DNA from: an uncultured bacterium
Lineage (GTDB): Bacteria > Zixibacteria > MSB-5A5 > CAIYYT01
Length of the DNA stretch: 64,000 nt
Direction of reading: 5' to 3'
Assembly (NCBI GenBank): GCA_963726455.1
Contig: CAVSCK010000005.1
Span: 320,001-384,000, forward strand
The notes under the pieces: generated by a model
The model's database searches: none
Told to the model about the DNA's origin: nothing
The model's input: the letters and a program-made list of their open reading frames with translations, nothing else
Made by a program: the position numbers and the translations under genes
Part shown: piece after piece, positions 28,416 to 38,053 of the stretch
How positions within the stretch are numbered: the stretch's first letter is position 1
Layout of the letters: the number at the start of each line of letters is the position of its first letter

Positions 28416-29882
28416 TTAATCTTCGCCCTGGGCCTTGGTGAAACCGGGGGCGCCGTCAAACTCCTGCAGCTTCTCGATATGCGCCCAGCGATACTGAGCA
28501 CTGATCTTCTGGATTACGCTGAGGATGGCCTCGTCTGTCAGACCACCGGCTGTCTGGCGCTGCATCAAACGACAACGGAACTGATCGACCGTGTCGGTAA
28601 TCGCACCCATCGCCGGATAGACTTTCGTGCCACGGCTGGCGACCATCTTAAGTTGAACGGCGGTACCATCGACGAGCGAGGTCACATTCTTTCCGATCTC
28701 GTCGGGAGTCTGAGCGCTTTCGATGAAGACGTCGACGCCGACGACGCGACGAGCTGCCGGACGGACAAAATCAGGGCGCTTGTCGATCTCCGGCATACGA
28801 ATCGGCCGGTAATCACGGGCTCTTGAACGGCTGGGGGCCTTTCCGAAGTTATTGATAATCTCATCCGTGTAGGCGGTGGTTGAGGCGGCTTTGGCATCGC
28901 CGACAACGTCGCGCGGCATCACCTTGCCCGCTTCAAGTGTGGCGAGCAACGCGTTTTCGATTGTCGCGGCTTCCTTGAACAGTGTCAGATAGCGCAGCAT
29001 CATGACAGCCGAAAGTATCATGGCCGAAGGATTAATTATGTTCTTGCCGGCATATTTCGGAGCGGAACCATGTACTGCCTCGAAGATAGCAACTTCGTTA
29101 CCGATATTGGCCGACGGGGCAAAACCCAGACCACCGACGAGCGCCGAAGTCAGGTCGCTGATGATATCGCCGTTCATGTTCGTGGTGATGATAACCTCAA
29201 ACTGCTCCGGCTTCTTGACCAACTGATGAGCGCAGTTGTCGATGATGATATGATTGGCTTCGATGTCGGGGTACTCGCGGGCGACTTCCTCGAAAGTCCG
29301 CTTGAGCAGTCCCTCGGTCATCTTCATGATATTGGCTTTGGTAGCGCAATGGACTTTTTTGCGTCCTTCGGCGCGGGCAACCTCAAAGCCGAGGCGCACG
29401 ATCTTCTCGCAACCTTTGCGCGAGATAAGCTTGAGGCACTGGGCAACGCCGGGCGTCTGCATGTGTTCGATACCGGCATATAGATCTTCGACGTTCTCTC
29501 TCACGACGATCAAGTCGATACCGCGACCGGAGTACGGCGTTGGAACGCCGGGAATTTCGCGCACGGGGCGCAGATTGCCGTAAGTCTCGAACAGTTTGCG
29601 CAGGGTGACATTGGCGCTTTTCTCGCCATAGCCAATCGGAGTCTCCAGCGGACCCTTGAGGGCGAGCCGGGTTTTGCGTATCGATTCGATAGTCTCCGGC
29701 GTTACTCCGGAAGGAATTCCCTTCTTAAAGACGCTGGCTCCCGCCTGCCGTTCTTCCCATTCAATCGGCGCGCCGGTGGCCTCGATGATTTTCTTTGCGG
29801 CCGCGGACACTTCCACCCCGATACCGTCACCGGGAATAAGGGTAATCAGTATCTTCCCCGATTCCGTCATATAAGGTTTCAT
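28416..29882 (-). CDS. icd: Isocitrate dehydrogenase (NADP type with C-terminal extension)
   Basis: PGDGIG, LKGPLETPIGYGEKSANVTLRK, VRENVEDLYAG, KANIMK, NMNGDIISD, FEAVHGSAPKYAG; ends FTKAQG. Confidence 0.95.
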   Translation of the reverse strand: MKPYMTESGKILITLIPGDGIGVEVSAAAKKIIEATGAPIEWEERQAGASVFKKGIPSGVTPETIESIRKTRLALKGPLETPIGYGEKSANVTLRKLFETYGNLRPVREIPGVPTPYSGRGIDLIVVRENVEDLYAGIEHMQTPGVAQCLKLISRKGCEKIVRLGFEVARAEGRKKVHCATKANIMKMTEGLLKRTFEEVAREYPDIEANHIIIDNCAHQLVKKPEQFEVIITTNMNGDIISDLTSALVGGLGFAPSANIGNEVAIFEAVHGSAPKYAGKNIINPSAMILSAVMMLRYLTLFKEAATIENALLATLEAGKVMPRDVVGDAKAASTTAYTDEIINNFGKAPSRSRARDYRPIRMPEIDKRPDFVRPAARRVVGVDVFIESAQTPDEIGKNVTSLVDGTAVQLKMVASRGTKVYPAMGAITDTVDQFRCRLMQRQTAGGLTDEAILSVIQKISAQYRWAHIEKLQEFDGAPGFTKAQGED

Positions 29883-30037
29883 ACTAGCTTTACCTCATCA
29901 GATTATGTTTGTGAATCAATTCTCAAAGACATAGCCAATCTGGCGGGCTGAATCTCGGCCCACCGGTAAGCAAGGAATGTAAACGAATCTGGCTTGCATT
30001 TCAAGCGAATTCCCCTGCCAATTGCCGGCGACAGATT

Positions 30038-31117
30038 CTACCGGCTATCGCGCAAATCGTTCAAAATTGACCGGTAAACTGAAGGAAACGGGTAGGATTC
30101 AAGCCGATCGAGGCGCAGCCAATGCCAGCCATCCGCGGGATGTGCAGGCACTCGTTCGAGTTCATAAATCACCGGTGTTAGCCGCTCGGCGTACTGAGTG
30201 TAATGGTGAGTGCGCTTTCTCAAAGAACCGGCGAATGTGGGTGCAAGAGAATCGGGGCAGTTCGCCAACGACTTGATTAGCGAGGAGGCCGAGTGGTTGG
30301 CGGCAACTTTGGGAAGAACCCAAAGTCCGGCGAACAGCCCCTGCTCTTTCTTTGTAGCGAGCAACCGGCCGCGGTTGAGCAACAAAATAAGTTTGCTTTC
30401 ACGCTGCTGTGTGTGACCAGTCCGACTGCCGGGAATACTGTCTTGAAGGCCAAGTTTGTAAGCGCGACAATGTGAATGTAGAGGACAAGTAGAGCACTTC
30501 GGGTTACGATTCAAACAGACAGATTGCCCAAGTTCCATCACGGCTTCGTTGAAGGCGCCCGGATTCTTGTTTGGAATTGCTGCGGCAACGAATGATCGTG
30601 CGCGTCGTTCGGCAGTCTTGCTCCAAGTCCGTTGTCCGAGAAATCGCCTGACCACCCGGCGGACATTCGCGTCGAATACCGGATGCTCTTCTCCGAACGC
30701 GATACTCATAATTGCCGACGCCGTGTATTCGCCGATGCCCGGCAAGGAGCGCAACTGTTCTCTGTCGTTTGGGAGTGCACCAGCGAAATCTGTCACCAAT
30801 ATTCGCGCGGCGCGATGCAGATTGCGGGCGCGCGCGTAATAGCCAAGCCCTTCCCAGAATCTCAGCACTTCCCGTTCGCTTGCTGTAGCCAGTGATTCGA
30901 CGTCGGGGAAGCGTTGGCGCCAGCGTTCGAAATAGGGAATCGCCGTTGCCACGACAGTCTGCTGCAACATGATCTCGGAAACCCAGACGGAGTAAGGCGT
31001 GACATTCTTTCGCCAGGGCAGATCGCGACGATTCGTCGCAAACCACGACAGCAACTTCATTCGAAATCCGAACTGGAGGGATTTCGCGTCAGACTTATTC
31101 GCGCTTGTTGTCGTCAA
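30038..31117 (-). CDS. mutY: A/G-specific adenine glycosylase
   Basis: RDLPWR, VSEIMLQQT, WEGLGYYARARNLH, LPGIGEYTA, DANVRRV; Fe-S motif CxxxxPxCxxCPLxxxC. Confidence 0.96.
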   Translation of the reverse strand: MTTTSANKSDAKSLQFGFRMKLLSWFATNRRDLPWRKNVTPYSVWVSEIMLQQTVVATAIPYFERWRQRFPDVESLATASEREVLRFWEGLGYYARARNLHRAARILVTDFAGALPNDREQLRSLPGIGEYTASAIMSIAFGEEHPVFDANVRRVVRRFLGQRTWSKTAERRARSFVAAAIPNKNPGAFNEAVMELGQSVCLNRNPKCSTCPLHSHCRAYKLGLQDSIPGSRTGHTQQRESKLILLLNRGRLLATKKEQGLFAGLWVLPKVAANHSASSLIKSLANCPDSLAPTFAGSLRKRTHHYTQYAERLTPVIYELERVPAHPADGWHWLRLDRLESYPFPSVYRSILNDLRDSR

Positions 31118-31260
31118 CTTGGAACGCTCCGTACATCAATCCGCAGACTGCCATTAGTTGAGATCCAGACACCGATCTGCTGCGCCAAGTTTAACCTTGA
31201 CGGTCACTGTGGCCTGTGTTATACAACAGCCGGCCGTCGAATTTGTACAGGAGTTTTCCA

Positions 31261-32016
31261 GTGGAAGCATGGCTTTACGCCATAGTAAGTGTTCTGATTA
31301 TCAGTGCGGTGTCGCTGATCGGAGTGGTGACGCTCGGTTTGCGCAGCGAAAAGCTGCAGCGGATCACGCTCTTTTTGGTCAGCTTCGCAGTGGGCGGATT
31401 GTTCGGCGACGCTCTGATTCATTTGTTGCCGGAGTCCTTCCGGAAAGATGACTCGCCACTTCTCGCATCGCTCTTCGTAGTCGTGGGAATTCTCATATTC
31501 TTTGTGCTGGAGAAATTTCTGCGGTGGCGGCACTGTCACCTCCCGGGCGACAAACACGTTCACCCGGTGGTCACGATGAATCTCGTAGGCGAGGGCGTGC
31601 ACAATTTCATCGACGGTGTGCTGGTCGGCGCCAGCTATCTGGTCAGCATTCCTCTGGGGATTACCACGAGTCTGGCGATTGTGCTGCACGAAATCCCCAA
31701 GGAGTTCGGCGGCTTCTGTATTCTGATACACGGCGGCCTGACTACCAAACGGGCGCTGATGTTCAATTTCATTTGCGGACTGGTTTCCGTCGCGGGCACG
31801 CTGGCGGCGCTGCTGATCGGTTCGCATGTGCGCGGTTTTGCCGACGCGCTGGTGCCGATTACCGCCGGAGGATTTCTGTACATCGCCGGATCCGATCTGA
31901 TTCCGGAGTTGCAGCACGATACGAAAGTCACGGCCTCCCTCGGCCAGTTCGCCGGAATCGTGCTGGGCGTTGGGATTATGGCGCTCATGTTGCTCGCGGA
32001 AACCGGCGGGCACTAA
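31261..32016 (+). CDS. ZIP-family metal transporter
   Basis: AGGAG then GTG at 31261; HLLPE, HNFIDG, HEIPKE, GGFLYIAGSDLIPEL. Confidence 0.93.
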   Translation: MEAWLYAIVSVLIISAVSLIGVVTLGLRSEKLQRITLFLVSFAVGGLFGDALIHLLPESFRKDDSPLLASLFVVVGILIFFVLEKFLRWRHCHLPGDKHVHPVVTMNLVGEGVHNFIDGVLVGASYLVSIPLGITTSLAIVLHEIPKEFGGFCILIHGGLTTKRALMFNFICGLVSVAGTLAALLIGSHVRGFADALVPITAGGFLYIAGSDLIPELQHDTKVTASLGQFAGIVLGVGIMALMLLAETGGH

Positions 32017-32136
32017 CAGGTCCTTTCTCTTCACAAATCAGCAAGCGCATAGTACGAATTGGTCTATTCTTCCAGCCAAAAACACCTTGCCGACGTCGAA
32101 AAAAGGTGATATGGTGCGTTTTTGACAGGAGGAAAC

Positions 32137-32529
32137 ATGAAACTGGAACTCAAGAGAATTGGCGTCTGGTCGCTAGTCAAGATTTCATTTGTGGTGAATC
32201 TGATCTTTGGATTTATCCTCGGTATCTTCTATGCGTTTCTGTTCGCACTGATGGCGGCCCTGCCGGTAAACATGGAAGAAGGTTCGTCTGGTATGTTTTC
32301 GGTGTTTGCGGGCGTAGCTGCGATTTTGCTTCCTTTCATCTGCGCTATCGCTTGCGCGGTCTTTAACACGATCCTTGCTGCAATCGGGGGATGGGTCTAT
32401 AACTTAATTGCCAAAGCCACAGGCGGGATTGAACTGGAGTACAGTCCGGTCGTACAAATGGTGCCGGCAACAACGGCGCCCGCGGGATATGAACCACCGC
32501 CGGCAGGAGAACAAACAAGCTCGATATGA
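32137..32529 (+). CDS. DUF3566-like membrane protein
   Basis: AGGAGG RBS; KRIGVWSLVKIS, two TM helices, YNLIAKATGGIEL. Confidence 0.8.
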   Translation: MKLELKRIGVWSLVKISFVVNLIFGFILGIFYAFLFALMAALPVNMEEGSSGMFSVFAGVAAILLPFICAIACAVFNTILAAIGGWVYNLIAKATGGIELEYSPVVQMVPATTAPAGYEPPPAGEQTSSI

Positions 32530-33989
32530 CATTTTCGGAAATCAGAGTTCGCATTGCACCGTCGCCGACCGGATACTTTCATGTCGGCACGGCTCGCACC
32601 GCTATCTTCAACTGGCTGTACGCGCGTCGCATGGGTGGCAAGTTTCTGCTTCGCATCGAAGATACCGATGCCGAGCGCTCGCGTACAGAGTATGTGGACG
32701 TAATCCTTGACGGCCTCCGGTGGCTGGGCATGGATTGGGATGAAGAGATCGTCCACCAATCTTCGCGGCTGCACACCTATAAGCCGTTCGCGATGGAACT
32801 GGTTGAACGCGGCAGCGCCTATCGTTGCTTCTGCAGCGCACAGGACTTGGCACAAAAACGCCAGATGGCGCAGCAGGCCAAAGTGAACTATCATTACGAT
32901 CGCACGTGCCGCAATTTGACGCCGGAGCAGGTCAAAGCGAATCTGGACGCAGGAAAGCCGTTTGTGGTCCGGCTGAAACTGCCATTGCAGGGCATGGCGA
33001 CATTCGACGATGTGGTCCTGGGAAAACTTGAGAAGGACTACTCAGAGCTGGATGATTTCATAATTCTCAAGACCGACGGTAATGCGATTTACAATTTTGC
33101 CGTTGTGGTAGACGACCACGACATGCGGATTTCGCATATCATTCGCGGCAATGACCACATGACCAATACCTTCCTGCAGGTTGAGATTTACAAGGCGCTG
33201 CGATGGGAGATGCCGACCTTTGCGCATCTGTCGATGATTCTCGATATGAACCGCAACAAGGTATCCAAACGCAAAGGCGCCAAGGGAGTCACGGACTATC
33301 AGAAGGAAGGATACCTGCCGCAGGCGCTGTTTAATTTCCTGGCGCTGCTGGGCTGGTCACCAAAAGATGACCGGGAAATGATGTCGCGGGAGGACTTGAT
33401 CGCCGCGTTTACGCTCGAAGGAATCAATTCGGCGAACGCGATCTTTAATCCCGAAAAGCTGCTGTGGCTGAACGGCGAGTATATCAGGGAAATGAGCAAT
33501 CACGAAATTGCCGCCCTGGTGGCGCCGATGCTGGTGGAAGGCGGCCTGTCGACCAAATACTATCTCGAGACCCGCTGGCAGTGGTTGATGAACGTGGTTG
33601 GCCTGCTCAAGGAGCGCTGCAAATTGCTGACGGATTTTGTTGAGATGAGCCGCTACTTCTTTACCGATAACTTTGAATATGACGCCAAGGGCGCCGCGAA
33701 GCATTTCACGGTCGACGCCGCCAGGTACCTGACGGAACTGGCAGTCCGATTCGACGCCGCAGGCGAGTTGACGGAAACGAAATCCGAAGAGATTGTGCGT
33801 TCATATGCCGAGGAAATGAATGTCAAGCCGGCAGTATTGATTCATCCGACTCGTCTGGCGGTCACAGGCCTTACCGGTGGCCCATCGTTATTCGGTTTGA
33901 TGGAAGCGGTTGGCAAGGAACGCGTGGTCAAACGTATTCAACGGGCGATCGGATTCATCGAACAGCAATCACAAAAGAAGGAGGTATAG
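32526..33989 (+). CDS. gltX: Glutamate--tRNA ligase
   Basis: RIAPSPTG, HVGT (HIGH-like), LRIEDTD, VVDDH, IRGNDH, KVSKR. Confidence 0.98.
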   Translation: MTFSEIRVRIAPSPTGYFHVGTARTAIFNWLYARRMGGKFLLRIEDTDAERSRTEYVDVILDGLRWLGMDWDEEIVHQSSRLHTYKPFAMELVERGSAYRCFCSAQDLAQKRQMAQQAKVNYHYDRTCRNLTPEQVKANLDAGKPFVVRLKLPLQGMATFDDVVLGKLEKDYSELDDFIILKTDGNAIYNFAVVVDDHDMRISHIIRGNDHMTNTFLQVEIYKALRWEMPTFAHLSMILDMNRNKVSKRKGAKGVTDYQKEGYLPQALFNFLALLGWSPKDDREMMSREDLIAAFTLEGINSANAIFNPEKLLWLNGEYIREMSNHEIAALVAPMLVEGGLSTKYYLETRWQWLMNVVGLLKERCKLLTDFVEMSRYFFTDNFEYDAKGAAKHFTVDAARYLTELAVRFDAAGELTETKSEEIVRSYAEEMNVKPAVLIHPTRLAVTGLTGGPSLFGLMEAVGKERVVKRIQRAIGFIEQQSQKKEV

Positions 33990-33992
33990 ATT

Positions 33993-34157
33993 ATGCCGGA
34001 CGCCAAGAAAGCACTTGAGACGGAAGTTGAGAATCTGGAAAAGGAATATCAGCAGGCGCAGGCCCGGCCGGTTCCGGACAGAAAACAGGTTGACCATATC
34101 TACAAGCGACTGAAGAAGGCGCGCAAGGAATTGAAGGATCTGGAAGAGAAGAAGTAG
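33993..34157 (+). CDS. Small coiled-coil protein (54 aa), absent from the ORF track
   Basis: AAGGAGGT at 33978-33985 then ATG; MPDAKKALETEVENLEKEYQQAQARPVPDRKQVDHIYKRLKKARKELKDLEEKK. Confidence 0.8.
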   Translation: MPDAKKALETEVENLEKEYQQAQARPVPDRKQVDHIYKRLKKARKELKDLEEKK

Positions 34158-34236
34158 GATTGGCTTCGCAGCCAGTGCTACTTGCCAATCTTCAGGTTTC
34201 CGCGTTGATCGGTGGAATTACTTTCCGATAGACCAT

Positions 34237-34372
34237 AAACGAAAACCGGGATCTACTTAGGGAGCAGTTCCCGGTCTATGCGTGTGGGGGGCAATACACG
34301 CATTTATGGGGCAATCTTAGAATTTTATCTCAAGAGTCAATCGTCGCGGTGTAGCAGATTAGCTCTGTAGCT
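34237..34372 (-). ncRNA. Candidate small RNA with C-rich loops and intrinsic terminator
   Basis: Tandem hairpins at 34278-34303 and 34245-34275, then a U-run on the - strand; TTGACA at 34407-34402; no long ORF. 5' end uncertain. Confidence 0.4.
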
Positions 34373-34415
34373 GCAGACAATTAACTTCCCGATTTCATCA
34401 CTGTCAAGCACTTCG

Positions 34416-34449
34416 TTGATTTTGTCACTTTCACGAGTTACAAAATCAA
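34416..34449. promoter_or_regulatory. Operator-like inverted repeat
   Basis: TTGATTTTGTCACT-N6-AGTTACAAAATCAA (13/14 match), AT-rich, next to a - strand -35 box. Confidence 0.45.
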
Positions 34450-34719
34450 GCCTCTGATCCAATGTACCAGATGCATCTCAGGCGCAACTTGAGTACCACA
34501 AAGAAGTAGCCCGATATTCAACAAACCGTCTTGCTTAAGTCGCAGTAAATATCAGCGAATTTGCTGAAAAGTCAAGTGTTTCGCGAAAAAAAACTTGGTG
34601 AGTCAGGAGCGACTGATACTGAGCATGGGAGAGTGTTTGCGTAAAAAGTGACAAGTTAGATTGTAATTGTCTTCTCTGCTGAATGAAATGCTAAAAGGTT
34701 CGGACAATGTCTGCGGGAT

Positions 34720-35478
34720 TTAGCGGTTTAGCTCATAAATCAGCCGCAGGCCGTCAAGCGTGATGTCGGGAAGGACATCGGAAATGAATTTGGATTTGGG
34801 AGCGATCAGTGTCGCGAGGCCGCCGGTGGCGATGACTTTGGGTTTCTTCCCCCAGTAGGACGCGATGCTCTCAATGATGTAATCCGTTTGGCCAATTGCC
34901 CCTAGGTAGGAGCCGGCTTTCATGGCCTCCTCGCTCGACTTGCCGATCGGAGATTCAGGCGCTTCGAAGGAAATCTTGAACAGTTGTGCGGCACGGTGAG
35001 CCAGGGCAGATTGTGCCGTTTCGATTCCGGGAGCAATCACGCCACCAAAATAGGCGCCTTTTTCGGAAATGATGCTAAAAGTCGTGGCGGTTCCGAAATC
35101 GACAACAATCGTCGGACCACCGAAGCGATCAAACGCGGCAACGGAATCGCAAATTCGGTCGGCGCCGATTTCCGATGGTTGCGGGTAGTCGAAAGTAATG
35201 TTGAGTTTGAGGCGGTGATGCACGAACAGCGGCTCAAGATGATAGTATTCGTCGGCCATGCGGCGAAATATGCCTTCGAGCTTCGGCACAACCGTGGCGA
35301 CAACCATGGCTGAGATCTGCGGCAGGCGCTTGAGTTCCATGAAGTGAGAGACCAGAATAGCTGATTCATCCGCGGTGCGCGCATGATCGGTGGCGACCCG
35401 CAAAGTCGTCAGCAGTGATTTGCCTTTGTAGAATCCGAAAACGATGTTACTGTTGCCAATGTCGACTGCCAGAAGCAT
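34720..35478 (-). CDS. coaX: Type III pantothenate kinase
   Basis: AVDIGNS, IGADR, VDFGTATT, GGVIAPG, VIATGG. Confidence 0.97.
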   Translation of the reverse strand: MLLAVDIGNSNIVFGFYKGKSLLTTLRVATDHARTADESAILVSHFMELKRLPQISAMVVATVVPKLEGIFRRMADEYYHLEPLFVHHRLKLNITFDYPQPSEIGADRICDSVAAFDRFGGPTIVVDFGTATTFSIISEKGAYFGGVIAPGIETAQSALAHRAAQLFKISFEAPESPIGKSSEEAMKAGSYLGAIGQTDYIIESIASYWGKKPKVIATGGLATLIAPKSKFISDVLPDITLDGLRLIYELNR

Positions 35479-35605
35479 GTATCACTCTCCCGGTGGAAGA
35501 ATATAGCGGAAAGTTGTCGGAGCGCAAGTCGCGTCGCATGGCAGCTTTCGGCACAAAGGCAATTTCGCTTGGCTGCAACAGGCAAGTCTATTACTATTGA
35601 GGGCA

Positions 35606-36673
35606 ATGAACTCCTTACATCGGGCACTCGGAATCGGCGTGGCTCTGGCGTTCGGAGCGCTAATCATGGGTTGCCAAACCCAGACCGGCGGTGGCTTTAA
35701 CGCCAGGTCGGGCGTGGTCAGCAGGAACCATCAAATCGAAGGCGACGCGCTCAGACCGGATTCGATTCGACAGGATTCCAAGTTTCAGAATTTCTATATG
35801 AGCGATCATCTGGTGTTTCTGGGACAGGATGACACCGCGCGCTATGCGCTTACGGTCACGTTGGGACGCGGACTCGCGGACAATCGTTTCAAGCGGTCGG
35901 AGCGAGATTTTACCGGGTTTCTGTTTGATGGCAAGGGCTGGACGACGTTACCATATACGAGGATGAAACAGGACTTGATGCGGCTGGACGTGAACTATCC
36001 CTATCTCTTCGGAGGACTCAATTGGACGAAGCCGTACACCGACGGCGAGTTTTCGTATGATCGGCACGACTTCAAATTTGCCCTCACCTTCAGTGATCTT
36101 AAGCCGGTGCAGTCGTTTCGCGATGATGGAACGCGGGTGCGCAACCACGCCATCGGGCAGGGAACGCTGACCTTGCCGGGCATTGAGATAAGAGGCACAG
36201 TCTATTACGAATTGATGGTATTGGAAGGTTACAACCCGCTGGCGAATGTGACAAAAGGAATTACTTACACGAATTATGACTGGCTTGTTGCGATGTCATC
36301 GTCGGGGAAGCAGTTGATTTGTTCGAGTGATTCAACCACTCCGAATGATCGAATCAAGAAGAATTTCCTAGCGTTGCAGACGGCGGAGGGACTTAGGTAT
36401 GCGGACGGCTCGGACCAGGTGCGAGTTGTTTCGGATGAATTGGTTCGTGATCCCAAGATCAATGAACTGCTGGCGCTCAAGAAGACAATCGTAGCGCCGG
36501 AACTGGGAGTCGATGCAAGTCTCAAGCTGACCGAACAGAGAGTCTTCTTGACCAACGGATTCTGTCTATCGCTCGTGGACGGAGCGCTTTCAGTTGATGG
36601 CGCCGCCGAAAATGTCTGGGGAATCGTGGAGCATAAGCAGCAACCGAAAAGTGATGCGGGAGTACTGAAATAA
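35606..36673 (+). CDS. Hypothetical beta-rich lipoprotein
   Basis: Long ORF; hydrophobic leader ending IMGC; no family recognised. Confidence 0.75.
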   Translation: MNSLHRALGIGVALAFGALIMGCQTQTGGGFNARSGVVSRNHQIEGDALRPDSIRQDSKFQNFYMSDHLVFLGQDDTARYALTVTLGRGLADNRFKRSERDFTGFLFDGKGWTTLPYTRMKQDLMRLDVNYPYLFGGLNWTKPYTDGEFSYDRHDFKFALTFSDLKPVQSFRDDGTRVRNHAIGQGTLTLPGIEIRGTVYYELMVLEGYNPLANVTKGITYTNYDWLVAMSSSGKQLICSSDSTTPNDRIKKNFLALQTAEGLRYADGSDQVRVVSDELVRDPKINELLALKKTIVAPELGVDASLKLTEQRVFLTNGFCLSLVDGALSVDGAAENVWGIVEHKQQPKSDAGVLK

Positions 36674-36725
36674 GGTTTCGATCAGCATATGAACGGTGTA
36701 ATTTCGGGACAGCAGGAATATCAAG

Positions 36726-37214
36726 ATGAACGACAAAGTTGATAAAGAACTATTGGAGGATGCCGCCAAACTGTGGCTGGCGCATGACGGGTTGTGGTTT
36801 CTCGAAGTCGAGCGCGAGCTGGGGATGGAAAAGGCGATTGAGTTGGATAAGAACGCCTGGGAGAAGTTTACCGTGATTGAAGCCCGGCGAATTATTGCGC
36901 GGCTGGAGCTGCCACCGAATGGCGGACTGGAGGCATTGAAGAGGGCACTCAAACACCGGCTGTATGCCTATATCAACACCCAGGAAATTGTCGAGGAAAC
37001 TCCGCATAGTCTGGTGTTTCGGATGAACGAATGCCGCGTGCAAACGGCGCGCCAAAAAGCAGGCCGGGAGCCGTTTCCCTGCAAGCAGGTTGGCGTGGTG
37101 GAATATGAAAGATTTGCGACCACGATTGACCCAAGGATCAGGACGCAGTGCGTGCTTTGTCCGCCGGATCCGAAACATCCGAACTACTGGTGCGCGTGGA
37201 AGTTTAGCGTATGA
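36726..37214 (+). CDS. DUF6125-like protein
   Basis: WLAHDGLWF, CRVQTAR, FPCKQVG, CPPD and CAWKF pattern. Confidence 0.8.
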   Translation: MNDKVDKELLEDAAKLWLAHDGLWFLEVERELGMEKAIELDKNAWEKFTVIEARRIIARLELPPNGGLEALKRALKHRLYAYINTQEIVEETPHSLVFRMNECRVQTARQKAGREPFPCKQVGVVEYERFATTIDPRIRTQCVLCPPDPKHPNYWCAWKFSV

Positions 37215-37280
37215 CGGATGAAAACGGGTTCATGACACCCAGACATACAAGAAAAATCAGGGCAATCAGTGATAAAGTCC

Positions 37281-37309
37281 TTGACAAAGTAAGACGACTC
37301 ATACATTAT
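37281..37309 (+). promoter_or_regulatory. Sigma70-type promoter with overlapping operator 1
   Basis: TTGACA-N17-CATTAT; palindrome AAGTAAGA-CGAC-TCATACAT at 37287-37306. Confidence 0.7.
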
Positions 37310-37315
37310 TGAACT

Positions 37316-37750
37316 ATGTACCGTTTAACTGCCAGAGATGAAGACTATTTGGAGTCGATCTACCGTCTCTCCAAGGTCAATGACACGGTGGGGGTTACCG
37401 ATGTGGCCAAGGCGCGCAAGGTGACGGTGCCCACGGCGAGAACGGCAGTGGCACGGCTGGCGAGCGGCGGTTATGTGCGGCAACAGCATTACGGCAAAAT
37501 CGTGCTGAATCCGTCCGGCAACCGTTTGGGAGAGAGGATCTTCGCGGTTCACAAAGCGCTGAGGAGGTTTTTGACCGACGCTCTATTGATCGATCCGCAG
37601 CAAGCGGAACAGGAGGCCTGCAAGATGGAACATGGCCTGTCGCGAACCACACTCAGAAGGTTGACCCTGTTTCTGGAGGCAATCACCAGTTGCAGCGGCG
37701 GCGACCCGAAGTGTCTCAACAATTTCCGAGAGGAAATTGCCAGAGAGTAA
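37316..37750 (+). CDS. DtxR/MntR-family metal-dependent regulator
   Basis: EDYLESIY, HTH, H...RFL, AEQEACKMEHGLS. Confidence 0.93.
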   Translation: MYRLTARDEDYLESIYRLSKVNDTVGVTDVAKARKVTVPTARTAVARLASGGYVRQQHYGKIVLNPSGNRLGERIFAVHKALRRFLTDALLIDPQQAEQEACKMEHGLSRTTLRRLTLFLEAITSCSGGDPKCLNNFREEIARE

Positions 37751-37756
37751 AAAAAT

Positions 37757-37786
37757 TTGCGTTATATGTATGATAATTCTTACATT
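37757..37786 (+). promoter_or_regulatory. feoA promoter with overlapping operator 2
   Basis: TTGCGT-N18-TACATT; palindrome ATGTATGA-TAAT-TCTTACAT at 37766-37785. Confidence 0.7.
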
Positions 37787-37804
37787 GCGTTAGGAGTCTT
37801 AGAG

Positions 37805-38053
37805 TTGGTAAGAGACAAAGAAGAGTTGACGCTAGCCGATCTCAAACGGGGCGACAGTGCGACGGTGGTGAACATCCGGGCAGAGGGGACGATTCGCCAA
37901 CGGCTGCTGCATTTCGGGTTTCGATTGGGCGAGACGGTCAAGGTGGTGCGGTTGGCGCCACTCGCCGATCCTATGGAGTTAAGTCTCAAAGGCGGGTACC
38001 TGAGCTTGCGACGTTCCGAGGCAGCGCTGATTGATGTGAGGAAGACGGCATGA
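37805..38053 (+). CDS. feoA: Ferrous iron transport protein A
   Basis: AGGAG then TTG at 37805; RLLHFGF, APLADP, LSLRRSEA. Confidence 0.93.
   Translation: MVRDKEELTLADLKRGDSATVVNIRAEGTIRQRLLHFGFRLGETVKVVRLAPLADPMELSLKGGYLSLRRSEAALIDVRKTA

Noticed and set aside
2870-34275. Complementarity between the two candidate sRNAs (GGGAGC vs GCUCCC)
   Set aside because: Only about 6 nt, which is expected by chance.
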